Shown one piece after another: positions 8,138 through 17,966 of a stretch of 64,000 bases of DNA. The notes under the pieces were generated by a model. It was not told the origin of the DNA. It worked only from the letters and a program-made list of their open reading frames with translations, and ran no database searches. Position numbers and translations under genes: made by a program. This DNA comes from a virus, in IMG/VR virus record IMGVR_UViG_3300018080_000117, positions 32,001 to 96,000 of that record; one strand, given 5' to 3'. Each line of letters opens with the position of its first letter. Position 1 is the first letter of the stretch.

Positions 8138-9754
8138 TTAGGCAGAAAGAAGGAAGTTATCTTTTTTGGAAGGTCTTTTAGACGTCTTCAAAACAGACTC
8201 AACGTTTGCCTGCAACTCGGCTTGCTTTCGTTGAGTGATGTAAGGATTTACCTTAGACGCTTTTTTCGACGTTGTTTTGGTGTAGAAGTCGGGCTCTGGG
8301 TTAGCCTGGGCTTCAGCGTAAGCTTCCTCTTCCTTTTTGTTCCTTCTTTCGGTCTCAAGATCCACACCAGCACCAACCGCGTACGTGCGATCGCTAAGAA
8401 TCCCTCTTTCTTTTAGATCTCGCCAAACACCTAGCAGAGCAGTGTCCTGCGTCGATTCAAGATTCTTAGCCCAACGAATTTTAGGAACGATTAGCTTACG
8501 CTCTTCGGGCTTATCGATCCTAATCCGATGCTCCAGTTGAGACTGCGGGCGTTCGTAAAAGTCATGCATTTCCGCAATCGGCTTACAAATCTTCTCGATA
8601 AGCCAACCGTACTCCCACGCCTCACGAAAAGAGTTGAGCCGATCAATAAGCGTTTGAAGACCTGCAACCGCCGCTGCAAAACTTGTCTCACCAACTAAGA
8701 AACTTTTCGCCATACCCATAGCTAGCAACTTCACACGTTCGATAAATTCCCACTCCCGAGAAATTAGCATCGCTTTGTCCGCAACACCGATGTAATCGAT
8801 CGAGACAAACGGGTGCGTCACGATCGCAGCAAGCGGATCTACTTCCGCCATACTAAGCTGTTCCATGAACGCATCGACGTCTTCGTCCGTTGGCATCCAC
8901 CCGTTAGGGCTGGGGTCTCCTAGTTTGATTAAACGCACAGGAGCAGCGTTGCGTTGACTTACAGCCAGGCTTGCGTTGACCGTAAAATCTTCGTACATCG
9001 TTGAGCGGAACAACCGGGTGTAAAAGCTCTCTCCACGAACTTTGTCGCTGGTGCTTTGCCGTGGGAAATAACCTGTATTTAGGTTATCGAGCAGAATTTT
9101 TTGTCCGCTTCGAAAAGCGTTTACTAAGCTCGAAGGCAACGCACGTACGAACCGCTGCACTCGCGGGTCAGGGGAATTTATTAAATTTAGAATTTCTGGG
9201 GTCGGATGCATCCACAACAAAGGCTGGTCCGCTACCAATCCCAATCCCTGCACCTCAATGTAGTCAGGGTTGTGAGAGATTACTCTTTCCCAATAACCTT
9301 TGTTGCTGTTGAAAATGTTGTGCGGGATAAATTCCCCGGTAACCAAGAAGTCTCGGGTAAACGTAGGAAACTTAGGAACGAGGTTGAGATCGGTAAACAT
9401 GTCCTCGTACAGGTTTCTAACAGTGGTATCTTCAATGCCATCGATTTCAAAATTGCTCCAAGGCAATTCTGCGTAAACGTCAGTTCCGATCGCAATCGTG
9501 GGGTCCCTGCGATACATGTCTCTAAAAACAGAATTTGCAATAGCTCGTTCTTTGGGGAAGTAAAACTTATCAGGTGTAGAGTAACGATAGTCGTAGAATA
9601 AGGGACTTTGAGAAATAGAGTTTGTCGCGCCACTGCCTGAAGTAGCTCCACCAGGCAAAACCGAAGCGGTTTTTGGGAACGCTTTGGGAAGCTTCTTCCC
9701 TCCCGTTCTTAGGATTCTTGGCGCTGGAGGAGTGTACTTTTTCTTCTTAGCCAT
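8138..9754 (-). CDS. putative portal protein
   Basis: 538 aa near the terminase. Contains 'MYRRDPTIAIGTDVYAELP', 'PVRLIKLGD...WMPT' and 'VGETSFA' segments resembling large-phage portals. Confidence 0.7.
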   Translation of the reverse strand: MAKKKKYTPPAPRILRTGGKKLPKAFPKTASVLPGGATSGSGATNSISQSPLFYDYRYSTPDKFYFPKERAIANSVFRDMYRRDPTIAIGTDVYAELPWSNFEIDGIEDTTVRNLYEDMFTDLNLVPKFPTFTRDFLVTGEFIPHNIFNSNKGYWERVISHNPDYIEVQGLGLVADQPLLWMHPTPEILNLINSPDPRVQRFVRALPSSLVNAFRSGQKILLDNLNTGYFPRQSTSDKVRGESFYTRLFRSTMYEDFTVNASLAVSQRNAAPVRLIKLGDPSPNGWMPTDEDVDAFMEQLSMAEVDPLAAIVTHPFVSIDYIGVADKAMLISREWEFIERVKLLAMGMAKSFLVGETSFAAAVAGLQTLIDRLNSFREAWEYGWLIEKICKPIAEMHDFYERPQSQLEHRIRIDKPEERKLIVPKIRWAKNLESTQDTALLGVWRDLKERGILSDRTYAVGAGVDLETERRNKKEEEAYAEAQANPEPDFYTKTTSKKASKVNPYITQRKQAELQANVESVLKTSKRPSKKDNFLLSA

Positions 9755-9772
9755 ACTTGGCTACCTTTCGGG

Positions 9773-9982
9773 TTACTGAGTTCGACAGATCAAACCTAAG
9801 TCGATGCTCAACCCTCTACCAAAAAATGCTTGTACAACCGCTTCACGGGCGTGCTTCGATCTCATACCCATAGCTTCAAGAGTTGCACGAGCGTTTGCCA
9901 AAGGACCTAAAAACTGAACCCCTTGATCACTTACGTAGGTGTAGGATCGTGACGCTGTGTCATAAACCAAACGTCCTTGCAT
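9773..9982 (-). CDS. hypothetical protein
   Basis: 69 aa; AGGAGG RBS. Confidence 0.6.
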   Translation of the reverse strand: MQGRLVYDTASRSYTYVSDQGVQFLGPLANARATLEAMGMRSKHAREAVVQAFFGRGLSIDLGLICRTQ

Positions 9983-9991
9983 TGTCGCCTC

Positions 9992-11155
9992 CTACCACAC
10001 CAGCTTAGCAGACAGTTGGTTGATATGGGCTGTCTTCAACAAAGCTTCCGCTTGGTCAAGGGCAGCAATCGACTCTGCTACCTTAGGATAAGTCTCGCCG
10101 CTAAGCTTGTTGCCAATTGCTTTGATCTTTTCCCAAAGGCCCTTGAAGAAATTTTTCACCTTAGTGAAAAGTTGGCTTTGCTTACGCGGATTCGGATTTT
10201 CTCTGAACGGGAAAACCGAAAGAACATTTTCCGCAGACCGGTTCGTTTCCTGAACGGTCTCTTTCCATTGTTCAAGCGCTTCGTAAACAGCCCCAACAAT
10301 CTTAGGGTGATTTTCGTTCACCTGTTCAAGAATATTTCTAAGCGCGTTCAACTCATCTGCGGGCGTTGGGGGCTTACCTTCCTCATCGAGGGTACGTCGA
10401 AAAGCAGCGATCTTTCCTTTGTACTGCGTAAACACAACTTGATCTAACTCTTCTAAGTCTTGTTGAATCGTATCCATACTTAGAAAAGCGTTTTTTAGTT
10501 CGTCTTGCTGATCTTTCTTTAAGGTACTAAGTTGAGCAGCCAAAGGCTTCAATTGCTCGTCTTTTATTTTCTTTATCTGCGCAGTCAGTTCTTGCTCCAT
10601 CTCTCGGAGCCCTTCAAGGTTATTGAGCATCTGAGACAATTGCTCATCGGCTTCTTCCACGTCGCCTACATCCGGGGCTACGTCTCCTAACCCCTTCGGG
10701 GCACGCGTAAGCTCTTTGTACCGGTAGCCCTCGGGGTACTCTTCGGGGACAACCTTAATTGGTTCGTTCTCAGGGGGATCGTACTTTTGGCCCAGCAAAG
10801 ACATAGCTGCTTGCCGCATGTGATGTGCGTAAGCTAAGCTTTCTGTGGCGTCTTGGCTAAACTGGTTCTCACGAACCGTCAGCGAACCAAACAGTGGGTC
10901 CTCGACATCGACTTCGTCTTTGTTGATTGCCGCCACACGCACTAGGGAGCCCGTAGACAGTTGCGCCCACTGGCCCGGTGTGACGAAAGGACCCTTCGTC
11001 TCAAGGGCATGTACGGCTTCTTGTGCCTTCTCGACGGCATTCTCAGCCTTACGTTCTGTTATCTCGTACTGTTCCACCAAGAGGTCTTCAACCTCAGGCC
11101 AAGACCAACCTAGCAACCAATACGCTTGGGCGATCTGTTCAACAGGCGTGTCCAT
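9992..11155 (-). CDS. coiled-coil protein in the head module
   Basis: 387 aa, acidic with a heptad-rich centre; AGGAG RBS. Confidence 0.7.
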   Translation of the reverse strand: MDTPVEQIAQAYWLLGWSWPEVEDLLVEQYEITERKAENAVEKAQEAVHALETKGPFVTPGQWAQLSTGSLVRVAAINKDEVDVEDPLFGSLTVRENQFSQDATESLAYAHHMRQAAMSLLGQKYDPPENEPIKVVPEEYPEGYRYKELTRAPKGLGDVAPDVGDVEEADEQLSQMLNNLEGLREMEQELTAQIKKIKDEQLKPLAAQLSTLKKDQQDELKNAFLSMDTIQQDLEELDQVVFTQYKGKIAAFRRTLDEEGKPPTPADELNALRNILEQVNENHPKIVGAVYEALEQWKETVQETNRSAENVLSVFPFRENPNPRKQSQLFTKVKNFFKGLWEKIKAIGNKLSGETYPKVAESIAALDQAEALLKTAHINQLSAKLVW

Positions 11156-11171
11156 TAGAAGCTCCTGCTAC

Positions 11172-12032
11172 TTAGATTTCTTTTATGTCTTTGACACCGC
11201 GCTCCATCAAAACGTCTACGATTGCGTTAGACCACGCGGCTTCCCAGGCATCAACAGCTTTCTGAATTCCGCGATCACCGTTCAGCATTTCGTAAATGTG
11301 CTTCTGGTCTTCTGGGGTAATCAAATGATCCCAGTCACCATCCATAAAAGTTATACCATGACCAAGAGCAGTCATCCACAAAAGATAGTTGGCGTCGGGC
11401 AGTTCAGCATTTTCATCGTTCATAAAACCCATTACGTGCTTATCGATAAAAGCGTCTAGCGCAGTATCAGCCTTATCAGAAGCTGCTTGCAATTCAGGGT
11501 TGTTTGCCAAGTCCTCTAGAAAATCAAAATCGTCCATCCAATCTTCGGCGTTGGTGCCATGCAACTGACTTTCGGCTTCTATTCGAGCGTAGTCATACAA
11601 AAACTCAGGGTCGCTGATATCGCCTTCCATCGCTTTCTTTTTTAGTGACGCCTTTCGCATTTCAGCTTCCTCCACAAAACACGGTTGATTGTTTTCAATT
11701 CCTAACGATTCACACGTACCGCCCACCAATTCCAACACCAAGTCAGCGTAGCATGACCAGCGTTCCTTAGTTCCTGGCTGCGCGTTGTGGACAACCTTAG
11801 CAACCCGATACTCATTTTGTTCTTTCCTAAGAAAGACAATGTCAATCGGAAAACTAACGCTACCCATGTGAAACGTTGTTTGGTGCGGGGTGTTGAAAAC
11901 AAAAAGTAAGCCTTCGTTAGAAGGCAAAGAGGCAACACCCTGCAAGCCCGTTGTCAGTTCTTGCTGTGTTTGCGCCAACGCAACGTTGAACGTTGCTGAC
12001 CCAAAACTTACTTTTGTTTGCAGGGTGGCCAT
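11172..12032 (-). CDS. DUF192-domain protein fused to an acidic C-terminal domain
   Basis: GLQGVASLPSNEGLLFVF...FHMGSVSFPIDIVFL...VLEL matches the DUF192 pattern, followed by the basic linker MRKASLKKKA. Confidence 0.75.
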   Translation of the reverse strand: MATLQTKVSFGSATFNVALAQTQQELTTGLQGVASLPSNEGLLFVFNTPHQTTFHMGSVSFPIDIVFLRKEQNEYRVAKVVHNAQPGTKERWSCYADLVLELVGGTCESLGIENNQPCFVEEAEMRKASLKKKAMEGDISDPEFLYDYARIEAESQLHGTNAEDWMDDFDFLEDLANNPELQAASDKADTALDAFIDKHVMGFMNDENAELPDANYLLWMTALGHGITFMDGDWDHLITPEDQKHIYEMLNGDRGIQKAVDAWEAAWSNAIVDVLMERGVKDIKEI

Positions 12033-12041
12033 TGTCTATTC

Positions 12042-15000
12042 CTAAATTTTTTCCCAGAAGTCGTAAGCCTGCTCCGGGGTGATATCCCCGTTGCTGACCG
12101 CGTAGCCAATCGTCATTCCACGCTTCCATATCGTTGCTGCGTCTTGCGCGTCGAGCCCCCAGTCTTCTAAAGCCTTTGCTGCGGAAGGCTCAAACACACC
12201 TACACGCATCCACTCTTCGGCGTCTTCTACATCAGGATATTCGTCCATCCAATCTTGAGCAGTTTGTTCAATATCGTTACCATGAAATCTTTTACCCATG
12301 GACTGCAGAAGATTCACAAATTCGTCAAGTTCATCATCTTCATCATCGTCCATGGGATCACGGACAAACTCTTCAAAATCGTCGGCAACCTCGTCCCAGT
12401 CAACTTCGTCGAGATCAATATCAACACCCTCAATTCCGCCCATTGCGTGAACGTAATCATCGATCGCATCTGCAAGCTTTCTCAGCGACTCTGCTTCTTT
12501 AGCCAAAGAAACAACGTCGTGGTACATACCTTGATCATTCAACAGCCAACGAGACACCTCATCGGTGTCCCAACCCGCACGACGACGAATCTCGCTGCTG
12601 CGTTTTCGAACTGGTATTTTTCGGCCAACGCGGCGGGAAGGCTTACGGGTGCGAGAAGACAACTTGTTTGTTCGGCGTCTGATCATTTTTTTAGCCTTTC
12701 TTTTTTTTGAGCTTTCTTTTTCTTCGGGGGGAGGCCAACCACCGTAAAGTTCTTTCCACGAATCTAACTCTTCTTGAATATGTTCCTTGCCCCGCTTGCT
12801 AGCAAGCATCGCATCTACAAACTCGCGTGCTGTCATCGTATAAGAACGTCCGTCTACATTTTCCGTTAATACGTCATACGCTTCATCGCCCCACTCTTCC
12901 TCCAACTCCTTGACGTAATCCTTATCTTCCATCAATAAATTTGTTGTGATTTCGTAAGCACCTTCAAGAGCATCTTGGTCAGAGCCGGTCCAATCTGCCA
13001 CTAGTGCCCCGGCGTAACTAAGATAGCCTTCTTGACTCCACGTAATCCCAACAAAAACAGGGTCTGAAGGGTCTTCAGGCAATCCGATCTCGGACTCCTT
13101 CAACATCACAGCCCCCAACACCCGCTCAAAATCTTCTTTAGCTCCCGCTTTCCGTCTAATCATTTTGTCTCCCTTAAACTTTGCAAGCTTTCGCTTAGCT
13201 GCTGTAGCGGGGAGCTTCTTGATTGTCTCAGCCAAAAGCTCACCCTGGTACAACAAGTTTTGAATTTCCTTACTTGCAGCTTGAGTCACGTCAACACGTT
13301 CGAGCATGTTCAAAAAGTCTTGAGCCACTTTCTGGGCCTGTCCTACGTCAACTTGCGCTTTTCGTTGATGTGCCAAAGCCAGGCGAATCTTTGTTTTCAC
13401 CTTAGCGACACGGCGAGAGGCTAATTTGTTAGATCGTCTGCGTTGCAACACACTCTTCATTTTCTTTGTCTTCTTTCTTTTGTCACAAGACTTCGCCAAC
13501 CGCCGGCGCTTAGCCCGCAACCTCGCCAACTCCAACGCGGGACCACCCATGTCCTCAAACTCAACAAATTCGCGATACTGCTCTGTGGGCCGCTCTTCCA
13601 TATTGGTGTCTTCCTTGCCGTGCCAGAGGTCGTCCCAAATTGACTTTACCTCTGCCCATGTGTCGCTCTCTTTGACACGTTGGAGCCACTGTTTGATATT
13701 GGGCAACGACGGAACCCAATCGCGAATGGCTTCAGCCAATTCCTTCTTCTCGGTCTCTAATGCTTGGGCAAAAGCTAACTTACGCGCAGCCTCTTTTGCG
13801 TCGTTCTTTTTCTCAAACACTTCTGTGGACGCAACGGTAACCGACTTGTCGAGAACGTTTGCCTTGTAGCCACCTTCGACCTTATAGATCTTGGCCTGGT
13901 AACTTTTGGGTTCGCGCATCATCGTATTTTCCTTATCTTGGTTAGCAGGTCTTGAACGCACAGACAGATTCGGATTGCGCAAACTAGCAGCGGTTTCATC
14001 GCTGTCCTCTTCGCTAGTGTTTTCATTTTCCTCGGTGTCGGAATCATTTTCGTCATCCTCCCACCAAGAGTCTTGTGCAGCGGTAATTTCGTCTTCGTGT
14101 TCTTCCTCAACCCTTTTAGCAGCTATGCTTTCTAAGTCGTACACAACAATCCCATCTTCTGTCAGCACAATAGGATGATTATAAGTTTCCGCAAACCAAT
14201 AGGACAACTCCGGGTTATCGTGCGCCTCTGCATGATTAACAATGTCCGAAGGGTTAAATTCCGCAGCTAACAACTCAAACGCCTCGGAAAGTTCGTCAGG
14301 GCTTGGATCGTCTACAGCATAACCTAACTCATTAAGGGAGTGTTCTACATATTCAGTAGTCACTCCTCCTTTGAGGTAGTCTTTCTCAATAGTTTTCGCA
14401 AGCTCGTTTTGGGCAGCTTCCGTACGCATATCGATCGGGTCTACAATAGGAGTGAACACCCAAACTGACCCGTCATCACCTGCGTACTGCTCTGCTACAG
14501 CCCAATCAACAGTACCGTAAATGTGCATACCAGTTTCTAAATCTTGCCTACTCGCCCTACCGTGGACGTACCAGCCCTCAGGAAGCTCATCCCAAATTTT
14601 TAGGTTTTTCACCTGCTCTAGAACAGGATGATCTGCACTAGACTTTTTAGGCATTTCGTTTTTGACGTTTGGGTTTTTCACCTTACGCTTTACTTCCTTC
14701 TGGTATTCGGAAGTCTCATTGCGAGAAGGCATCTTTTGTTTTGGAAGTGCCTGCAAAGCCGTTTTGCTTTCACCCAAAGGCAACCCGTGTAGCAAGATCC
14801 AATTGTTGATTTGCGCGGCAATAGAGGCGGACTTACTTTTCAGCAAGTCGTCATAGAAGCTTTCGTCAAGACTACCGTGCTCGTTGACGTAGCTTACCAA
14901 CTCCAAGATCGCTTCGTCTGTTTCTGTCTGCGAGCTGTTCAAATTGTCTTGAACTCTGATCTCAGCCGACGCAAGACCCATCGTAAAAGCGTCTTGTTCT

Positions 15001-15179
15001 GTCTCCCCCAACTTAGTAAGAATGGTTTCGTACCACTCTGAATCAAGACGCTTGTCAACACTCTTTGCCAAAGCTAACGTAAGAGCATCGTCTATCGTCA
15101 TATCCAAGACAGAATCTAAGTCACTAGGCGTGGCAACAGAAATCGAATCGCCGAAAACGTCTTGCGCCGAGATTTTCAT
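12042..15179 (-). CDS. large modular protein, probable internal-head/ejected polyvalent protein
   Basis: 1045 aa; acidic globular segments alternate with Lys/Arg-rich linkers; lies between terminase and portal. Confidence 0.65.
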   Translation of the reverse strand: MKISAQDVFGDSISVATPSDLDSVLDMTIDDALTLALAKSVDKRLDSEWYETILTKLGETEQDAFTMGLASAEIRVQDNLNSSQTETDEAILELVSYVNEHGSLDESFYDDLLKSKSASIAAQINNWILLHGLPLGESKTALQALPKQKMPSRNETSEYQKEVKRKVKNPNVKNEMPKKSSADHPVLEQVKNLKIWDELPEGWYVHGRASRQDLETGMHIYGTVDWAVAEQYAGDDGSVWVFTPIVDPIDMRTEAAQNELAKTIEKDYLKGGVTTEYVEHSLNELGYAVDDPSPDELSEAFELLAAEFNPSDIVNHAEAHDNPELSYWFAETYNHPIVLTEDGIVVYDLESIAAKRVEEEHEDEITAAQDSWWEDDENDSDTEENENTSEEDSDETAASLRNPNLSVRSRPANQDKENTMMREPKSYQAKIYKVEGGYKANVLDKSVTVASTEVFEKKNDAKEAARKLAFAQALETEKKELAEAIRDWVPSLPNIKQWLQRVKESDTWAEVKSIWDDLWHGKEDTNMEERPTEQYREFVEFEDMGGPALELARLRAKRRRLAKSCDKRKKTKKMKSVLQRRRSNKLASRRVAKVKTKIRLALAHQRKAQVDVGQAQKVAQDFLNMLERVDVTQAASKEIQNLLYQGELLAETIKKLPATAAKRKLAKFKGDKMIRRKAGAKEDFERVLGAVMLKESEIGLPEDPSDPVFVGITWSQEGYLSYAGALVADWTGSDQDALEGAYEITTNLLMEDKDYVKELEEEWGDEAYDVLTENVDGRSYTMTAREFVDAMLASKRGKEHIQEELDSWKELYGGWPPPEEKESSKKRKAKKMIRRRTNKLSSRTRKPSRRVGRKIPVRKRSSEIRRRAGWDTDEVSRWLLNDQGMYHDVVSLAKEAESLRKLADAIDDYVHAMGGIEGVDIDLDEVDWDEVADDFEEFVRDPMDDDEDDELDEFVNLLQSMGKRFHGNDIEQTAQDWMDEYPDVEDAEEWMRVGVFEPSAAKALEDWGLDAQDAATIWKRGMTIGYAVSNGDITPEQAYDFWEKI

Positions 15180-15754
15180 TACTCCAATCCTCTCTCCTCG
15201 TACTCATTGAGTACGTCGTCCAAAATTTCGGACTTCAGCCGGTAGTGGGTAGCAATCCCCAAACGCCCGGCTAGTTCCTTCAGATCGTTCAGAAGTAATT
15301 TTTCTACTTCTTCGATTTTGGGAAATTCCGACTTAGCAGCGATGGCCGATTCAATCGGATCCTCCACAACGGGCAAATCGAACTTAGTTTTCGCTACAAG
15401 CTCCTCGACCTTTTTAGGGGCCTCCTGAGCCTTCTCAACAACGGGGACAGGCTCGGGGTTCAATTCCACCACCAACGGCTTCTCAGCGGCAGGAGGGATT
15501 CGAGGAGCCAAGTTTCTGGGCGGTACCTTCTTGGGTTTGGCCTTCAAGTTCTTTTTGGGAAGCTTGGCCTCAGAATCAAAGACCAAAACCAATGCTCCCC
15601 CTCGAAGCAATCTTTGAATTTCGTCTGAGGACTTAAGAAATTCCCTAGAGCAGAATTTATCGAGATCCAGGGTTCCGCTTCGTCCGATCGTCGTGGATCC
15701 GTTTTCGACGCCAAACGACAAGGATCCGGGCATGGTGTTTTTTACTTTGAACAT
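15179..15754 (-). CDS. hypothetical protein with C-terminal Rho-N/SAP-like helical motif
   Basis: LNDLKELAGRLGI...LKSEILDDV; Pro/Lys linker. Confidence 0.65.
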   Translation of the reverse strand: MFKVKNTMPGSLSFGVENGSTTIGRSGTLDLDKFCSREFLKSSDEIQRLLRGGALVLVFDSEAKLPKKNLKAKPKKVPPRNLAPRIPPAAEKPLVVELNPEPVPVVEKAQEAPKKVEELVAKTKFDLPVVEDPIESAIAAKSEFPKIEEVEKLLLNDLKELAGRLGIATHYRLKSEILDDVLNEYEERGLE

Positions 15755-15810
15755 TTTTTGGGGCCTCCCGTTGAAACTTAGTATCTAGCAAAACTCAACT
15801 ACGCTGTAAA

Positions 15811-17709
15811 CTAACGTCGCATGCGATGACTTCTTGGTCTCATAGGTCTAGCACGCCTAACGTTTTTGCGGTTAGACAGCGTGCCTAAGTTTTTAGTAAG
15901 CATCCGGTGAACCCCCACGTAGCACTGGATCATATCGTTCGATCCGTTCTTGGGGTGGTCAACTTTAGTTCCTGTGTCTTCTAAGGTAGCTAACTCCCAC
16001 AACGCTTTTGCACACGGCATACACCGCGACTCCGCAGGATCTGCGGTGGCGTGCTCTCTTGTCGGAAGTAAGCAACTTCGGTTTCTGACGTCCGCCAAAA
16101 AGTCAACGTGCTCGTCTCTGGTAAGGTTTGCCTTGAAAGCGTGCACGTTGCTATCGAGCAAGCGCTGAATCTGCTCGGTGCTATTCCACCGGTCATATCC
16201 GACTGCCCCTAAACTTAGCGTATCGTTGAGCATCAAAATGATCTCGGTTACGGCGGGAAAATAAACCGTATGCGGTGGTAGTCCCATTTTGTTATCAGCC
16301 CTGATCGGCCTAATCTCCAACGCACCGTCAATGCGTTTTATGCTCTCCTCATTGTGACCGATAGCTAAACAAAAGCTATCTCCTGCCTCACCGGGGTCGC
16401 AATGAACGTAGTAGGTGTAGAGATGGTTAAAATCGATTCTGGAGACAAGCAAACGAACATAGTGGTAAGTCTTCTCAATAAGCTTAGTGCTAATGTGTTT
16501 TTTGAAAAACTCTTCGCGGTAGGTGAACATATTTTGCTTAGTCGGATCGATCGCCGCCTCGATAATGTCTGGGTCTTCTACGAAAGGGCTTTCAGCCCCC
16601 GGTGGGTTAGCACCGTAATCTCGTTCGGCTCCCAAAGGATCTTTGGCGTACTCCTCGTTTAGCTCTTCTCTGGTAATCGTTGGGTTAAACTCCCACGTCG
16701 CTTTGTGAAAGGTGAACATTCTTTTTACAACCTTTGCCTGCTTCAACAAGTTCATGCTTTTGTCGGTAGAGAACAGCGGCGAGCTAATGCTAACCATAAA
16801 ACCCGCAAGCAAGTCGTGTCGGTTTTCGTTTTTTCTTATTTTATCGATCGCAGAACGCACCGTCCTCAAAGAGCGCTCCATTACTCGATACACCTCGGTA
16901 GCGGATTGCTTAGCGTTGCCCGCGTCCATACGACTAAGCTCATCGACAATCGCAAACAACCGCGTTCTACCAGCCTGGGTTGCCGAGTTAGCAGGAATGG
17001 ATTCAGCCTTGATCTGTGCGTCTTTCCAATAAACGACACGTGTGCTTTCTTGGTAGAGGTCACCACGCCTAAGGTTTGGCTCTGCTAACTCCACACGCAT
17101 CAACTCTTGCTTGTACTGCTGGAACCAAGGGCTTTCGCTATACATGCTTCTAAATTGCCCATACACGGTCTCTTGAGCCTGTTCCCCGGCTGCAGCAGCG
17201 AAGCTTGCGTCTAAACGCTGCGCACGAAAAATTCCAAGCTCCTGGGACATACGTTCGTAGGTTAGTGCGTAGTGAAGCAACGCAGCGGCTACAGACGCTG
17301 CCCATGCGCTCTTTCCGGCACGCATCCCCACCACACCGTTGACCGTATCGAAGAAGCGAAACGTACCCTCCTTAAAGTCTGCTTTCGTTTGTTTGCAAAC
17401 CGGACAACGCCCCCACTCAAACAAAATTTGCTCGTCCCTTGGAATATCATCCTGGGTGTGGATCCTAACCAAGTCGTTGCACTTAGGGCAGAGCAGTTCA
17501 AACACGTCGCGAGTCATTTTGTACTGCTCGGGGAAGAGAGGGTTGGGACCAGATAAAAAGTCAGGGCTTTCGATAAACACGATTGGATTAGGCGCAACTG
17601 GCAACCTAACACGCCCTTGTGTGACGTGCTTGTTCTCGCCTTTGGTGCCTTCGATAAACGTGTCTAGGCTGGAGAAAATATCAGAAGGTTCGTGTTCTGC
17701 AGTAAGCAT
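15811..17709 (-). CDS. terL: terminase large subunit
   Basis: Walker A GMRAGKS, Walker B AIVDELSR, coupling motif SISSP, nuclease HCDPG...DSF, YDRWNS, DHPKNGSNDM; Zn-finger insert CPKC...CPVC. Confidence 0.88.
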   Translation of the reverse strand: MLTAEHEPSDIFSSLDTFIEGTKGENKHVTQGRVRLPVAPNPIVFIESPDFLSGPNPLFPEQYKMTRDVFELLCPKCNDLVRIHTQDDIPRDEQILFEWGRCPVCKQTKADFKEGTFRFFDTVNGVVGMRAGKSAWAASVAAALLHYALTYERMSQELGIFRAQRLDASFAAAAGEQAQETVYGQFRSMYSESPWFQQYKQELMRVELAEPNLRRGDLYQESTRVVYWKDAQIKAESIPANSATQAGRTRLFAIVDELSRMDAGNAKQSATEVYRVMERSLRTVRSAIDKIRKNENRHDLLAGFMVSISSPLFSTDKSMNLLKQAKVVKRMFTFHKATWEFNPTITREELNEEYAKDPLGAERDYGANPPGAESPFVEDPDIIEAAIDPTKQNMFTYREEFFKKHISTKLIEKTYHYVRLLVSRIDFNHLYTYYVHCDPGEAGDSFCLAIGHNEESIKRIDGALEIRPIRADNKMGLPPHTVYFPAVTEIILMLNDTLSLGAVGYDRWNSTEQIQRLLDSNVHAFKANLTRDEHVDFLADVRNRSCLLPTREHATADPAESRCMPCAKALWELATLEDTGTKVDHPKNGSNDMIQCYVGVHRMLTKNLGTLSNRKNVRRARPMRPRSHRMRR

Positions 17710-17710
17710 G

Positions 17711-17956
17711 TTACTCCTTCTTCTTGGCTCCTCCCTTTGCGATTATCGCAATATCCGTCGCAGTGTGGCCAAGAATCATCGCAGAGGTTAGGAAAATAAG
17801 GACTGTCTCCCAAATGTCTTGATCTACCTTTCCCAAAATGAGCAGCACGGTTGACAAGATAAGACACAACAAAGCCCAACTAAACTTTTTACCACCCAGC
17901 ATTTCAAGTATGGTATTCACTGAATCCTCCTTTTTGTTTACCTCTATTTTAGACAT
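17711..17956 (-). CDS. small two-TM membrane protein (holin-like)
   Basis: GGKKFSWALLCLILSTVLLILGKV and a second hydrophobic helix; basic C-terminus. Confidence 0.55.
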   Translation of the reverse strand: MSKIEVNKKEDSVNTILEMLGGKKFSWALLCLILSTVLLILGKVDQDIWETVLIFLTSAMILGHTATDIAIIAKGGAKKKE

Positions 17957-17966
17957 AGGAGATCTT

